A stretch of 64,000 nucleotides of DNA. Origin: an uncultured Desulfarculus sp. Lineage in GTDB: Bacteria > Desulfobacterota > Desulfarculia > Desulfarculales > Desulfarculaceae. How positions within the stretch are numbered: position 1 is the first letter of the stretch; each line of letters begins with the position of its first letter. Shown one piece after another: positions 9,287 to 20,643 of the stretch. A program made the position numbers and the translations under genes. The notes beneath the pieces are model-generated. The model did not search any database, was not told the origin of the DNA, and saw only the letters and a program-made list of their open reading frames with translations. The stretch lies in the NCBI GenBank assembly GCA_963665125.2, contig CAXXUK010000001.1, forward strand, positions 704,001-768,000, in the 5' to 3' direction.

Positions 9287-10735
9287 CTACTGCTTTTCCT
9301 CGCCGGTTGATTCGGTGGAGGGTTGCATGTTTCCACCCCCGCCGAGCACCGCATAGAGTTTCACCTGGTTGGCCAGTTTGCTCAAACGCAGCAATACCAG
9401 CGTCTTTTGCGACGCATATAAAGATTGCTGGGCCACAAGGACGTTCAGGTAGCTGTCCACGCCGTTTATATAGCGTTGTGAGGACAGGCGGTATGTTTCA
9501 CTGGTGGCGTGAACCAGGGCTTTTTGCGCCGTCACCTGAGAGTCTATGGTGCCTTGCACGGCAAGGGAGTCGGCCACCTCCCGGAAGGCCGCCTGGATGG
9601 TCCTTTCATATTGGGTCAGGGCGATTTTCTGGTCGGCCTCGCTCACCCGCAGGGCCGCCCAGGTCCGGGGATCGAAAATCGGCATGACCAACCTGGGCAT
9701 GAAGCTCCAGGTGCCAGCGGACGAGCCGAATAGGCCGGACAACTCGTTGCTTGCCGTTCCAAAGGATGTGGTCAGGGTTATGCGGGGGAAGAATGCGGCC
9801 CTTGCCGCGCCGATAAAGGCATATGCGCCCTTGAGCCGGTGCTCGGACGCGATGATGTCCGGCCGCTGCAACAGAACTTCCGAGGACAGTCCTGGGAAGA
9901 TTTCCTTTGAGTGTGGCGTGTTGCCCAGGTCGGCCGGCAACAGGCTTTCGGGCACCGGTGCGCCGGCCAGTAGATCCAGCGCGTTTTTGTCCTGGGCGAC
10001 AACCTGCCTGTATCGGGATATGTCCACCTTGGCCTGCTCGACCTGGGCCTCGGTTCTGCGCAGATCCAGTTCCGTCGCTACTCCCAGTTCATAACGTTTT
10101 TTAATCAAGTTGTAGGCATCGAGCTGGGAGTCATAGGTGGCCAGGGCCAGCCCCAGGTTTTCCCGGTCTGCGGCAAAGGTAAGCCAGACCCTGGCCACTT
10201 CGGAGACCAGGGCTATCTGGGCGCTGCGTCGGGCCTGTTCCGTGGCCAGGTATTCCTCCAGAGCTTGATCCTCCAGGCTGCGGATGCGGCCGAAGAAATC
10301 TATTTCCCAGGAGGCGATGCCGAAATCAACACTATAAGATTCTGTCGTTCTCGGCTTACCCGGTTCAGTGAGGTCGGCAGATGTCCGTTGCCTTTTATAG
10401 GCGCCACCCGCGTCAACGGAAGGGAACAACTCGGCCCGTTGGATGCCGTACATGGCCCGGGCCCTTTCCACGTTCAAGGCGGCCAGCCGGAGGTCACGGT
10501 TGTTTTTTAGGGCCATGCCGATGATCTGCCGAAGCCTGTCGTCGGTGAAAAAATCCTGCCACCGAAGGTCGGCCGCCGGCGTGGCCTCGGGTAAATCCCG
10601 CGCTTTTAAATAGGCCTCGCCCTGGGGCAACTGGGCCGGAACCGGCGTGGTGGGCCGATTGTATTGCGGGGCCAGGGTGCACCCGGCCATCAGCAAGGCG
10701 ATCGCCAGCAATGGAAGATATGACCACCTAGACAT
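9287..10735 (-). CDS. RND efflux outer-membrane lipoprotein (OprM/NodT family)
   Basis: Lipobox LMAGC, WEIDFFGR, RPDIIASE, IGAARAAFFPRITLT, LYAVLGGG; ATG 10735 chosen over the ORF-track start 10765. Confidence 0.92.
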   Translation of the reverse strand: MSRWSYLPLLAIALLMAGCTLAPQYNRPTTPVPAQLPQGEAYLKARDLPEATPAADLRWQDFFTDDRLRQIIGMALKNNRDLRLAALNVERARAMYGIQRAELFPSVDAGGAYKRQRTSADLTEPGKPRTTESYSVDFGIASWEIDFFGRIRSLEDQALEEYLATEQARRSAQIALVSEVARVWLTFAADRENLGLALATYDSQLDAYNLIKKRYELGVATELDLRRTEAQVEQAKVDISRYRQVVAQDKNALDLLAGAPVPESLLPADLGNTPHSKEIFPGLSSEVLLQRPDIIASEHRLKGAYAFIGAARAAFFPRITLTTSFGTASNELSGLFGSSAGTWSFMPRLVMPIFDPRTWAALRVSEADQKIALTQYERTIQAAFREVADSLAVQGTIDSQVTAQKALVHATSETYRLSSQRYINGVDSYLNVLVAQQSLYASQKTLVLLRLSKLANQVKLYAVLGGGGNMQPSTESTGEEKQ

Positions 10736-13700
10736 CGGCTTGCCCTCCGGAGTTGCTTTGATCAACGGTTTCGCCCTCTGCGCGCTTTTTGTGTTTGCCC
10801 AACCATTTGTAGATCATCACGTAAAACAGCGGCACGAACAGCGTCACCAGCAGGGTGGAGGTCACCATGCCGCCCAGCACGGCAATGCCGATGGCGGTTT
10901 GGGCTCCCGATCCGGCTCCGGCGGCCAGGGCCAGGGGAAGGATGCCGAAGCCGAAGGCCAGGGAGGTCATGATAATGGGGCGGAGCCTCAATTTGGCCGC
11001 CTCCAGGGTGGCCTTGATCAGATCGATTCCCTCGTCGACCCTTGCCCGGGCAAACTGGACGATCAAGATGGCGTTCTTGGTGGTCAGACCCAGGGTGGTC
11101 AACAGGCCGATCTGGAAATACACGTCATTGGGCTTGCCTTCCAGGGACGTGGCGATAACGCCGCCGATGACGCCCAAGGGCAGGGTCATCAAGATGGAGA
11201 TGGGGATGGGCCAGCTCTCATACAGCGCCGCCAGGCACAGGAAGATCACGAAGATCGAAAAGGCGTAGAGCAGCGGCGCCTGGGATCCGGCCATACGCTC
11301 CTGGTAGGAGAGGCCGGTCCAATCGTAGCCTATGCCCTGGGGCAATTTGGCCACGATCTCCTCCATGGCCTCCATGGCCTCGCCGGAGCTTCTGCCCGGA
11401 GCCGGTTCGCCCCAGATGTTGATGGACGAAAAGGCGTTGTAGCGCTCGAGTTTTGGTGAGCCGGTGGTCCACTTGCCCGAGGCGAATGACGAGAAAGGAA
11501 CCATCTCGCCTTTGTTGTTGCGCACGTAAAGCTTGTCCAAGTCGCTGGGCAACATGCGGTAGGGGGCGTCAGCCTGGACGTAGACACGTTTGACACGTCC
11601 GGCCTGGATGAAGTCGTTGACATAGGCGCTGCCGAAGGCCGCGGAGATTGTGCTGTGAATCGAGGATATGGGCACGCCCTGGGCTCCGGCCTTGTCCCAA
11701 TCCACGTCGATATGATACTCGGCCACGTCGTCCATGCCGTTGGGCCGCACCCGCACCAGACGCGGGTCCTTGGCCGCCATGCCCAGGAGCTGGTTGCGGG
11801 CCGCCATGAGTTTCGCGTGGCCCAGACCGCCCCGGTCCTGCAACTGGAAGTCAAATCCGGTGGCATTGCCCAGTTCGATGACCGCAGGAGGCGGGAAGGC
11901 GAATACCATGGCCTCTTTGATTTGGGAAAAAGACCCCATGGCCCGGCCCACGATAGCCCACACCTTCAGATCCGGGCGTTCGCGCAGTTTCCAGTCTTGG
12001 AGTCTGACAAAGGCGAGGCCCACGTTCTGCCCCTGGCCGCCGAAACTGGTGCCGGAAATGGTCATCAGGGATTCCACGCCTTCCTTTTCATTATTCAGGA
12101 AGTAGTCCTTGACCTTGTTCATGACCTCATGCGTTTGTTCCAAGGTAGAGCCCGAGGGAAGCATGGCCTGGACCAGAATGATGCCCTGGTCTTCATCCGG
12201 TAGATACGAGGTGGGCATGCGTTGGAACAGATAGCCCATGGCGACCACGATGAGCACGAACACAAGGAGGTAACGCAGTTTTTTGGCCAGCACCCGGCCG
12301 ACGGCCTTGATGTACAACTCCCTGGCGCCGTTGAAGAACCGGTCGAACCACCGGAAGAACGGACGCAGGAAGAAAATCACGTGGTCCGACGGCTGGTGCC
12401 CCTTGGGTACGGGCTTGAGCAAAGTGGCGCAGAGCACTGGGGTCAGGATCAGGGCCACCACCACCGAAAGCAGCATGGATGAAATAATGGTGATGGAAAA
12501 CTGGCGGTAAATAACGCCCGTGGAACCCGGGAAAAAGGCCATGGGGCCGAATACTGCGGAGAGCACCAGGCCGATGCCGATCAGGGCGCTGGTGATCTGC
12601 TCCATGGATTTGGCCGTGGCCTCCCTGGGAGAGAGCCCTTCCTCGGCCATGATTCGTTCGACGTTTTCCACAACCACGATGGCGTCGTCCACCAATAGAC
12701 CAATGGCCAACACCATGGCGAACATGGTCAACATATTGATGGAAAAGCCGAACAGGCCCAGGATCGCGAAGGTTCCCAACAGAACCACCGGCACGGCGAT
12801 GGTGGGAATCAGGGTGGAACGGAAGGTCCCCATGAACACGTACATGATCACGAAAACCAACAGCACCGCTTCAAACAGGGTCTGGACGACCTCGTCAATG
12901 GCCACCGAGGTGAAGGGCGTGGTGTCGTAGGGGTAGATGACCTTCATGCCCGGAGGAAAATAGCGGCTCATTTCCTCCATTTTTTTTCTGACGGAATTGG
13001 CGGTGTCCAAGGCGTTGGCTCCGGAAGCCTGGCGAATAGCCATGGCCGCCGAGGGCAGGCCGTTGTATTCGGCCACCACGTCATAGCGTTCTGTGCCAAG
13101 TTCCGTGCGGGCCACGTCTTTGACTCGCACCACTGAGCCGTCCTGGTTGGTGCGGATGGGGATGTCGGCGAATTGTTCCGGAGTCTCCAGCAGGTGCTGC
13201 ACAATGATTGCCGCGTTCAGGCGTTGGCCCTCCACGGCCGGCGCACCGCCGAACTGCCCGGCGGAGACCTCCACGTTGTAGCTCTTGAGGGCCTGGATCA
13301 CATCTTCGATGGTTAGACGGTATTTGGTCAGCTTGTCCGGGTTGAGCCAAATCCTCATGCCGAACTGGGTGCCGAAGCTCTGAACTTCGCCAACGCCGGG
13401 CACGCGCGATAAAATCTTTTCCAAGTTGGACTGGGCGTAATCCCGGAGGGTTTCACCGTCCATGCTGCCGTCTTCGGAAATCAGACCAACGATCAGCAGA
13501 TAGTTTCTGGTGGACTTGCTTACCGTAACACCCTGGCGCTGCACCATGTCCGGCAGGCTGGCCATGGCCAACTGAAGCTTGTTCTGCACCTTTGACCAGG
13601 CCACATCCGGGTCGGTGCCCGGCGCGAAGGTCATTTCGATTCGTGATGCGCCGGACGATGAACTGGTGCCGGAGAGATAGAGCATGTTGTCCAGACCAGT

Positions 13701-13910
13701 CATCTTTTGCTCGATGATCTGGGTGACGGTGTTTTCCACGGTCTCGGCCGAGGCTCCGGGGAAAAACGAGTCAACGGCAATGGACGGCGGCGCGATGGGC
13801 GGATACTGCGAAATAGGCAAATTGTAGATGGCCAGCGCTCCGGCGGTCATCATCACGATGGCGATGACCCAGGCGAAGACCGGTCGATCCAGGAAGAATT
13901 TTGACAGCAT
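10728..13910 (-). CDS. RND efflux permease (AcrB/MexB, HAE1 family)
   Basis: 1060 aa; FFLDRPVFAWVIAI, GLLVDDAIVVVENVER, KNAILIV, RLRPIIMTS. Confidence 0.96.
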   Translation of the reverse strand: MLSKFFLDRPVFAWVIAIVMMTAGALAIYNLPISQYPPIAPPSIAVDSFFPGASAETVENTVTQIIEQKMTGLDNMLYLSGTSSSSGASRIEMTFAPGTDPDVAWSKVQNKLQLAMASLPDMVQRQGVTVSKSTRNYLLIVGLISEDGSMDGETLRDYAQSNLEKILSRVPGVGEVQSFGTQFGMRIWLNPDKLTKYRLTIEDVIQALKSYNVEVSAGQFGGAPAVEGQRLNAAIIVQHLLETPEQFADIPIRTNQDGSVVRVKDVARTELGTERYDVVAEYNGLPSAAMAIRQASGANALDTANSVRKKMEEMSRYFPPGMKVIYPYDTTPFTSVAIDEVVQTLFEAVLLVFVIMYVFMGTFRSTLIPTIAVPVVLLGTFAILGLFGFSINMLTMFAMVLAIGLLVDDAIVVVENVERIMAEEGLSPREATAKSMEQITSALIGIGLVLSAVFGPMAFFPGSTGVIYRQFSITIISSMLLSVVVALILTPVLCATLLKPVPKGHQPSDHVIFFLRPFFRWFDRFFNGARELYIKAVGRVLAKKLRYLLVFVLIVVAMGYLFQRMPTSYLPDEDQGIILVQAMLPSGSTLEQTHEVMNKVKDYFLNNEKEGVESLMTISGTSFGGQGQNVGLAFVRLQDWKLRERPDLKVWAIVGRAMGSFSQIKEAMVFAFPPPAVIELGNATGFDFQLQDRGGLGHAKLMAARNQLLGMAAKDPRLVRVRPNGMDDVAEYHIDVDWDKAGAQGVPISSIHSTISAAFGSAYVNDFIQAGRVKRVYVQADAPYRMLPSDLDKLYVRNNKGEMVPFSSFASGKWTTGSPKLERYNAFSSINIWGEPAPGRSSGEAMEAMEEIVAKLPQGIGYDWTGLSYQERMAGSQAPLLYAFSIFVIFLCLAALYESWPIPISILMTLPLGVIGGVIATSLEGKPNDVYFQIGLLTTLGLTTKNAILIVQFARARVDEGIDLIKATLEAAKLRLRPIIMTSLAFGFGILPLALAAGAGSGAQTAIGIAVLGGMVTSTLLVTLFVPLFYVMIYKWLGKHKKRAEGETVDQSNSGGQADV

Positions 13911-13922
13911 GACGTGTCTCCG

Positions 13923-15104
13923 CTACTTGGATTCGGCCTTGGGTTGAGCCTCATTGCCGGGCTTGGCTTCTTCTGTTTTGTTAAAGGGCACGACCTTTAC
14001 CTCGGCGCCGGGCCGCACTCTTTGCAGACCTTCGACGATCACGCGGTCGCCGGAGACAATGCCGTCGGAAATCAGCCAGTTGTCACCGATGGCTCTGTCG
14101 GCGGTTAGCATGCGCAAGGCGACTTTGTTGTCCGCGCCCACCACATAGGCGAAGGGTGATCCCTTTTGGTTGCGCAACACGGCCTGCTGGGGCACCAGTA
14201 TGGCTTTTTTGTTCACACCCTGTACCACCACGGCGCGGACAAACATCTCCGGAAGCAAGGTCCCGTCCGGGTTTGGAAAGACCATGCGCAGGATCACCGA
14301 ACCGGTTGTGGGGTCCACCGATACATCGCGAAACTGCAAAGTGCCTTGCTGGGGATAGGGTGTTCCGTCTTCAAGGATGAGCTTGACCTGGTTTTGTTCG
14401 TCGCCGTCCAGGTTCAAATGGCCTTCTTTCAGGCTGCGCCGCAGACGCAGTAACTCGGATGTCGACTGGGGCACATCCACGTAAATGGGATTGAGCTGCT
14501 GAATCGTGGCAAGGGCGCTGGGTTGATAGGCCGTTACAATGGCGCCGTCGGTTACGGTGGACCTGCCGATGCGGCCCGAAATGGGCGCTACGACTTTTGT
14601 GTATCCAAGATTTATGCGCGCTGTTTTGACCGAGGCTTCGTAGTAGCGGATATCCGCTTCGGTCAGACCCAGGGCGGCGGCGGCATCGTCATAATCCTGT
14701 TGGCTGACCGCCTTGGCCTCCAGCAGGGTCTTGTAGCGCTCGGCCCTTAACTTAACAGATGGCAGATTGGCCTTGGCCCTGCCCAGGGCGGCCACGGCGT
14801 TGTCCAGAGCCGCCTGAAACGGCGCGGGATCAATCTGGTAGAGCACCTGGCCGGCTTGGACATCCGAGCCCTCGGTAAACAGGCGCTTTTCAATCAGACC
14901 GTTGATCCGGGGCCTGATCTCCGCGATAAGAAAGGCCGCGGTGCGCCCCGGCAGTTCGGCGACCTCGGTTATCTGTTGAGCCTGCACCGTTACCACGGAT
15001 ACTTCCGGGGTGGATTGCCGCGGCCCGGCCTGCTGCCCTCCGTCGCAGGCCGACAGCGAAAGGCTCACTAAGAACACCGCCAAAACCAGCTTCAATTTTG
15101 ACAT
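13923..15104 (-). CDS. RND periplasmic adaptor (AcrA/MexA family) lipoprotein
   Basis: Lipobox LSAC after MSKLKL; EGSDVQAGQVLYQIDP, APISGRIG, VDPTTGS; ORF track extends to 15191. Confidence 0.92.
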   Translation of the reverse strand: MSKLKLVLAVFLVSLSLSACDGGQQAGPRQSTPEVSVVTVQAQQITEVAELPGRTAAFLIAEIRPRINGLIEKRLFTEGSDVQAGQVLYQIDPAPFQAALDNAVAALGRAKANLPSVKLRAERYKTLLEAKAVSQQDYDDAAAALGLTEADIRYYEASVKTARINLGYTKVVAPISGRIGRSTVTDGAIVTAYQPSALATIQQLNPIYVDVPQSTSELLRLRRSLKEGHLNLDGDEQNQVKLILEDGTPYPQQGTLQFRDVSVDPTTGSVILRMVFPNPDGTLLPEMFVRAVVVQGVNKKAILVPQQAVLRNQKGSPFAYVVGADNKVALRMLTADRAIGDNWLISDGIVSGDRVIVEGLQRVRPGAEVKVVPFNKTEEAKPGNEAQPKAESK

Positions 15105-15187
15105 TTTATTTCCTTCATCGGTGCTTGACATCAGCGCTCTCCAATGACTCATGACGTTGATGTGACAAAGGCGAGATCCCGTTTGTT

Positions 15188-15817
15188 TCATGGTTCGCGA
15201 AGCAGTCCCTTGAAAAGAATGTTTAAGATGACATCCGGGTCATCCGGATATTCATTTTTGTCGGGGTCTTCGATCCACAGAAAAATAAAACTATGGTGAA
15301 TGCTGTCGAGAGCAATGGCCAAATGGCTCGGCTCGGCGATCTTGTTGAAAAGGCCCTTCTTCATGCCCCGTTCAAAAACAGTGGTGAGTTCCTGTTGCAC
15401 CTGATCGTGTCGCTCACGGACCTCGTCATCCAATCCGACTTTGGCGTCAAAGCCTTTCCGGATTGTTTCGGCGTGATAAAGCTGGACGGCGGCGGCATTT
15501 TCAAAAAAAAGTTCTCTTTTGGTTCTCACATATTTCCGAAGGGTATCAACCTCGTCATTCCCTTCACTCAGGGATTCAAGCAGGGTGCGGTGGAACCTCT
15601 CGGAATTTTGCAGCATGATGGACTTGTAGATTTCTTCCTTGCTGCAAAAAAACTTGTAGAGCGTTCCCACGGCGAACTCTGATTTTTCGGCGATCTCGTT
15701 CATGGAAACGTTGCTGTAGCCTTTTTGGGAAAACAACTCCAGCGCGGCGTCGAGGATGTATTGCCGTTGACGTTGCTTTTCCTTTTCCCGGCGCGTCAGT
15801 GTTTTTTCTTGCGCCAT
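15188..15817 (-). CDS. TetR/AcrR family transcriptional regulator
   Basis: N-terminal HTH ILDAALELFSQKGYSNVSMNEIAEKSEFAVGTLYKFF; first gene of the efflux operon. Confidence 0.93.
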   Translation of the reverse strand: MAQEKTLTRREKEKQRQRQYILDAALELFSQKGYSNVSMNEIAEKSEFAVGTLYKFFCSKEEIYKSIMLQNSERFHRTLLESLSEGNDEVDTLRKYVRTKRELFFENAAAVQLYHAETIRKGFDAKVGLDDEVRERHDQVQQELTTVFERGMKKGLFNKIAEPSHLAIALDSIHHSFIFLWIEDPDKNEYPDDPDVILNILFKGLLREP

Positions 15818-15872
15818 CAGACCTCCGGTATTTAAAAAGCCACCCGCCCGGGTGACGCTTTATTGCAAGATA

Positions 15873-15913
15873 TGAACGCTAAATCTATATCGTGAATGCG
15901 CGTTCACAGTCAA
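15873..15913 (-). promoter_or_regulatory. Putative sigma70 promoter with a palindromic TetR operator
   Basis: Minus strand TTGACT-GTGAACGCGCATTCAC-GA-TATAGA. The imperfect palindrome (15892-15907) sits between -35 and -10, and a second TGAACGC half-site lies at 15873-15879. Confidence 0.55.
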
Positions 15914-16041
15914 GAGTGTTCGGGGTGAAAATTGGAACTACTGGATAATTTTTGATTGGCAGGATGTTCCGGCTTTAAAAGGAACGGCGACACATCGCAG
16001 ATATTCGGCAATATAAACAATGTATTATGGTGTTACATGAA

Positions 16042-16908
16042 TCAGCGCAGGCGCGGGTCCATGGCGTCGCGGATGCCTTCTCCCAGGAGGTTGTAGCCCA
16101 GCACGGTGATCAGGATAGCCAGGCCTGGGAACAGCGACAGCCACCAGCCCAACTGGATGTATGACTTGCCCTGGCCCAGGATGTTGCCCCAGGACGGGTC
16201 CGGGGCCTGGACGCCCAGGCCCAGGAAACTCAGGCCGCTTTCGGTGAGAATGGCTCCGGCCACGCCCAGGGTGGCGGCCACCAAAACCGGGGCCATGGCA
16301 TTGGGCAGGATATGGCGGAAGATGATGCGCATATCGCCCACGCCCAGGCTGCGGGCGGCCAGGACGTATTCCCGCTCCTTGAGGCTCAGAAATTCGGCGC
16401 GCACCAGCCGGGCCACGCCCATCCAGCTTGTCAGGCCAATTACGGCCATGATGTTGATGATGGACGGATCAAGCAGGGCGATTACGGCCAGGATCAGAAA
16501 GAACGTGGGGAAGCACAGCATCATGTCCGTAAAGCGCATGATCACCGAATCGGTCCAGCCGCCGTAGTAGCCGGCCAAAGCGCCAAGGATCACGCCGATG
16601 ATCGTGGCTATGCCGGCAGACACCAGGCCCACCTGGAGGCTGACCCGGCTGCCGTAGATCATCCGGCTGAGCACGTCGCGGCCCAGGTCGTCGGTGCCGA
16701 AGGGGTGGTCCATGCTGGGCGGCAGGAGCACGGCGTCCACGTTGATCTCAAAGGGGTTGTGCGGCGAAAGGATCGGCGCCGACGCGGCCACGACGAGAAG
16801 GAACACGACAATGGCCAGCCCGGCCATGGTCAGGCGGTTTTCGCTGAGAGCCAGCCAGAATTCCCGCCAGCCGCCGCCCACGGAGTTTATGGTTTCGGTT
16901 ACGCTCAT
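16042..16908 (-). CDS. oppC: Oligopeptide/dipeptide ABC transporter permease (OppC/DppC)
   Basis: [41 protein letters not shown]. Confidence 0.93.
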   Translation of the reverse strand: MSVTETINSVGGGWREFWLALSENRLTMAGLAIVVFLLVVAASAPILSPHNPFEINVDAVLLPPSMDHPFGTDDLGRDVLSRMIYGSRVSLQVGLVSAGIATIIGVILGALAGYYGGWTDSVIMRFTDMMLCFPTFFLILAVIALLDPSIINIMAVIGLTSWMGVARLVRAEFLSLKEREYVLAARSLGVGDMRIIFRHILPNAMAPVLVAATLGVAGAILTESGLSFLGLGVQAPDPSWGNILGQGKSYIQLGWWLSLFPGLAILITVLGYNLLGEGIRDAMDPRLR

Positions 16909-17882
16909 CGTGATGTCCTCACCCTGGGGTCAACAAGGGCGTAGCTGATGTCGGCCAGCAGGTTGCCCAAAAGGGTCAAGGCCGCGCCGATGACCAGCCC
17001 GCCCATGACCAGGGGGTAGTCCCGGGCCATTACCGCGTCGTAAAAGAGCTTGCCCAGGCCGGGGATGGCGAAGATGGATTCAAATATCACCGATCCGCCG
17101 ATCAGGCCGGGCAGGGACAGGCCCAGGATCGTGACCAGCGGAAGCATGGCGTTGCGCAGGGCGTGGCGGTAGACGACCGTTCTTTCCCGCAGGCCCTTGG
17201 CCCTGGCCGTGGTGATGTAGTCCTGGCGAATGACTTCGAGCATGTTGCCGCGCATGTAGCGGCTCATGCCGGCCAGACCGGCAAAGGCCGACAGGACCAC
17301 GGGCAGCAGCAGGTGGTGGGCGTAATCGAGGATCTGGCCCATGAACGAGAGCCTGTCGTGGTTCATGCTCTCTATGCCGCTGATGGGCAGCCATCCCAGT
17401 TGAACCCCGAACAGAATCATGCACAAAAGGGCCAGCCAGAAAGTCGGCGTGGCGAATCCGGCGAAAACGAACACGGTCGTGGCCTGGTCGAATACCGAAC
17501 CGCGATGGGTTGCGCTGTACACGCCGATGGGCACGGCCACGACGATGATCAACAGCATGCTCAGCAGGTTGATGGTGATGGTGATGGGAAGGCGCTCGGC
17601 GATCTTGTCCAGGACCGGCCTGCCGTCCGGGGCGAAACTCTGGCCGAAATCCAGGACGGCTAGGCGCTTGAGCCAGTTCCAGTATTGCACGTGCACCGGC
17701 TGGTCCAGCCCGTAGAGCTTGTTCATGCGCTCCATGGCGATCTGGCTCAGCTTGGGGTTCAGGTCCGTGGCTAGGTCGGTGGGCGAACCCGGTGCAAGGT
17801 GCATCACGATAAAGCTAAGGAACGTGATGCCGATGAGCAGGGGGATCATGCCCGACAGGCGTTTGAGCAGATACATCAGCAT
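16905..17882 (-). CDS. oppB: Oligopeptide/dipeptide ABC transporter permease (OppB/DppB)
   Basis: [36 protein letters not shown]. Confidence 0.93.
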   Translation of the reverse strand: MLMYLLKRLSGMIPLLIGITFLSFIVMHLAPGSPTDLATDLNPKLSQIAMERMNKLYGLDQPVHVQYWNWLKRLAVLDFGQSFAPDGRPVLDKIAERLPITITINLLSMLLIIVVAVPIGVYSATHRGSVFDQATTVFVFAGFATPTFWLALLCMILFGVQLGWLPISGIESMNHDRLSFMGQILDYAHHLLLPVVLSAFAGLAGMSRYMRGNMLEVIRQDYITTARAKGLRERTVVYRHALRNAMLPLVTILGLSLPGLIGGSVIFESIFAIPGLGKLFYDAVMARDYPLVMGGLVIGAALTLLGNLLADISYALVDPRVRTSR

Positions 17883-17889
17883 GGGTCGC

Positions 17890-19494
17890 TCACTGGGCCA
17901 GGGTGGTGCGCTGGAGGTCCTTGGGCACCCACCAGCGGATGAAGTTGTAGGTAATGCCCGACACGGCCGGTTCGATGCCCTTGAAGCGGGAGCTGATCAC
18001 CGGCAGGGCGTCGGGTACATATAAAAAAGTATAAGGCTGGTCCTCTGCCAGGATCTCCTGGACCCGGTCGTAGATGGCCTTGCGCTTGGCCCGGTCAAAG
18101 GTAACCCGGCCTTCCACTAAAAGCTTGTCCAGTTCCTCGTTTTTGTAGGAGGTGAAGTTGAGCTTGCCTTCACCGATCTGGTCCGAATGCCACACGTCGT
18201 ACAGGTCCGGGTCCGGGGTCATGGTCCAGGCCAGAAGCACCACCTCGAAACGGCCCTTGTCGATGAATTCCTTTAGAAACGCCGCCCACTCGATGATTCG
18301 GGGCGTGACCTTGATGCCGATCTGGGCCAGGCGGTGCTGGACGATCACCGCCGAATTTTCGCGGTATTTATTGCCCTGGTTGGTCAGCAGGACAAACTCG
18401 AATCGTTCGCCGTTTTTATCCAGCCAGCCGTCGCCGTCCGAGTCGGTCCAGCCGGCCTGGGCCAATAACTCCTTGGCCTTGGCCGGGTCAAAGGGATATT
18501 TGCGCACATTGGGGTTGTACCAGTAGGTGCCCGGCTTGTATGGGCCGGAGGCCTCCTTGCCCAGGCCCAGGAGCACGCCCTTGATGATTTCCTGTTTGTT
18601 GATGGCGTGGGTAAGAGCCCGGCGCACCCGCACGTCTTGAAAACGGGGGTCCTTGAGATTGTAGCCCAGATAGGTGTAGCTGCTGGCAAGGTAACGGTAT
18701 TTGCAAAACTTTTCCTTGAATTCGGGGGACTCGGTCTGGCGGCGGTATTTAAGGGCGGTAAGACCCATCCAGTCGATGCCGCCTGCCTTGAGCTCCAGAA
18801 ACAGGGTGGAGTCGTCGGGAATGACCCGGTAGATGACATTGTCCAGGTTGGGGCGGCCCTCGAAGTAGCCGTCGTAATAAACCAGTTCCAGGCGCGAGCC
18901 TGGAATCCAGCGGTGGAATATATATGGTCCGGTGCCTATGGGATGGCGGTTCAGGGGCGACTGGCGCACATCCTTGCCCTCCAGCAGGTGGGCGGGCATC
19001 TGGGGCAAAGACCACGAGGCCAGGGCCGGTGCGAACGGTTCGTTGTAGGTCACCCGGAACGTGTAGCGGTCCGGCGCTTCGGCCGTGGCCACTTTCATGT
19101 AGTCCCCGCCATAGGGCGTGGGCGTCTGGGGATCGATCATGAACTTGTAGTTGAACAGGGCGTCCCGGGAGGTGTATTCAACGCCGTCATGAAACTTGAC
19201 GCCTTTGCGCAAATGAAAGGTGATGACCAAGCCGTCGGGGCTTACGTCCCAGGATTCGGCCAGATCACCGACGATGTTGAGATCCTTGTCGTATTTGATC
19301 AGGCCGTTGTAGCAAAATCCGGACATCTCGTGACTGGAGCTGTCCGAGGTGATCATGGGGATTAGGCTGGTGGCGTCGCCGATGGTGCCGATGATGATCC
19401 TGCCGCCGTTTACCGGTTCAACGCCGCAAAGGGCGGGTGCGGTCAGCGACAGCGTAATTAATAAAGCGGCTAGACTCCGCAAGACCTTTTTCAT
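17890..19494 (-). CDS. oppA: Peptide ABC transporter substrate-binding protein (family 5)
   Basis: [44 protein letters not shown]; signal peptide after MKKVLR (ATG 19494). Confidence 0.92.
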   Translation of the reverse strand: MKKVLRSLAALLITLSLTAPALCGVEPVNGGRIIIGTIGDATSLIPMITSDSSSHEMSGFCYNGLIKYDKDLNIVGDLAESWDVSPDGLVITFHLRKGVKFHDGVEYTSRDALFNYKFMIDPQTPTPYGGDYMKVATAEAPDRYTFRVTYNEPFAPALASWSLPQMPAHLLEGKDVRQSPLNRHPIGTGPYIFHRWIPGSRLELVYYDGYFEGRPNLDNVIYRVIPDDSTLFLELKAGGIDWMGLTALKYRRQTESPEFKEKFCKYRYLASSYTYLGYNLKDPRFQDVRVRRALTHAINKQEIIKGVLLGLGKEASGPYKPGTYWYNPNVRKYPFDPAKAKELLAQAGWTDSDGDGWLDKNGERFEFVLLTNQGNKYRENSAVIVQHRLAQIGIKVTPRIIEWAAFLKEFIDKGRFEVVLLAWTMTPDPDLYDVWHSDQIGEGKLNFTSYKNEELDKLLVEGRVTFDRAKRKAIYDRVQEILAEDQPYTFLYVPDALPVISSRFKGIEPAVSGITYNFIRWWVPKDLQRTTLAQ

Positions 19495-19644
19495 TTGCTC
19501 CCCTGGTTGGCGGATTTGTTGGGCCATGATCAAACGAACCAGCGTCAGTTTAATCATAGCCCCGCCGCCGTGGCAAGGGATTTGCCCTGCTTGACGGTGG
19601 GTTGGCGGACTGCTACTATCCGTTTAGCCCCAAAGGAGGCCAAA

Positions 19645-20160
19645 TTGGAAGCTAAACAGTTGTTGGAATTGATCAAATCTCGCCACAGCATCCGCCGCTA
19701 CTCCCAGCGGCAGGTGGACGACGATTTGTTAGAGCAAATACTCGAAGCCGGTCGATGGGCCCCCAGCGGCCAGAACAACCAGCCCTGGCGGTTCGTGGTC
19801 GTACGCAGCGAATCGGTGCGGGGTGAACTGGCCGGAATGACCAAATACGGCAAGATAATCGAGCGGGCGCCCGTAAGTATTTGTACGTTCATGCATAAAC
19901 CCTCAATGTATAATCAGATTAAAGACGTCCAGGGCATCGGGGCCTGCCTGGAAAACATGCTGCTTATGGCCCATGGCCTGGGTCTTGGCGCGGTCTGGCT
20001 GGGCGAGATATTAAAGAACGCCGACCAGGTTAGCCGGGCGGTGGGCCTGAACGAAGATTATGAGCTCATGGCCGTGGTGGCCCTTGGCTGGCCGGAAGGC
20101 GATCCCAAGCAGACCGCCAGAATGGATATGGACGAGCTCGTTGTTGGCAGACTGAACTAA
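19645..20160 (+). CDS. Nitroreductase family protein
   Basis: IKSRHSIRRY, WAPSGQNNQPWRF, AHGLGLGAVW; TTG start 5 nt after AAGGAGG. Confidence 0.9.
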   Translation: MEAKQLLELIKSRHSIRRYSQRQVDDDLLEQILEAGRWAPSGQNNQPWRFVVVRSESVRGELAGMTKYGKIIERAPVSICTFMHKPSMYNQIKDVQGIGACLENMLLMAHGLGLGAVWLGEILKNADQVSRAVGLNEDYELMAVVALGWPEGDPKQTARMDMDELVVGRLN

Positions 20161-20189
20161 ACCCGATGACCAATTCGAAGGGAAGCATT

Positions 20190-20633
20190 ATGAAGCTCAA
20201 GACTTGTTTGGCCATTCTTACGGTTGCCGTTTCCATGTTGACCGTCACCGGTTGCAGCCTTTTCAACCAACAACAGGCCGCCTCCGCGGTGGATGACCAG
20301 CAGATGGCCTCACAGCAGGCCCTGAGCAAGTATTACGACTTTGACGACGTGCAGGTGCCCGCCAAGATGAAGCTGGACAAGGACCGCTCCAATGTCATGA
20401 GGGTGGGCGATTTCAAGGCCGGCGTCATCGTGCTCAGCGCCAACCTGGACGGCGAGAGCCTGACCAACTTCTTTTTGGAAGCCATGGCCAAGGACAACTG
20501 GAAGCTCAAGGGGTCGGACAAGTATCCTGGCATTTACCTGTTCTTCGCCAAGCCCGGCAAGGCCGCTGTAGTCCGGATCTCGGAAGGGACCATGGACACC
20601 GTGGTGGAGATATGGGTGATACCGGCCAATTAA
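20190..20633 (+). CDS. Conserved hypothetical lipoprotein
   Basis: MKLKTCLAILTVAVSMLTVTGC lipobox; genome-like codon usage. Confidence 0.75.
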   Translation: MKLKTCLAILTVAVSMLTVTGCSLFNQQQAASAVDDQQMASQQALSKYYDFDDVQVPAKMKLDKDRSNVMRVGDFKAGVIVLSANLDGESLTNFFLEAMAKDNWKLKGSDKYPGIYLFFAKPGKAAVVRISEGTMDTVVEIWVIPAN

Positions 20634-20643
20634 GGAACTATCG

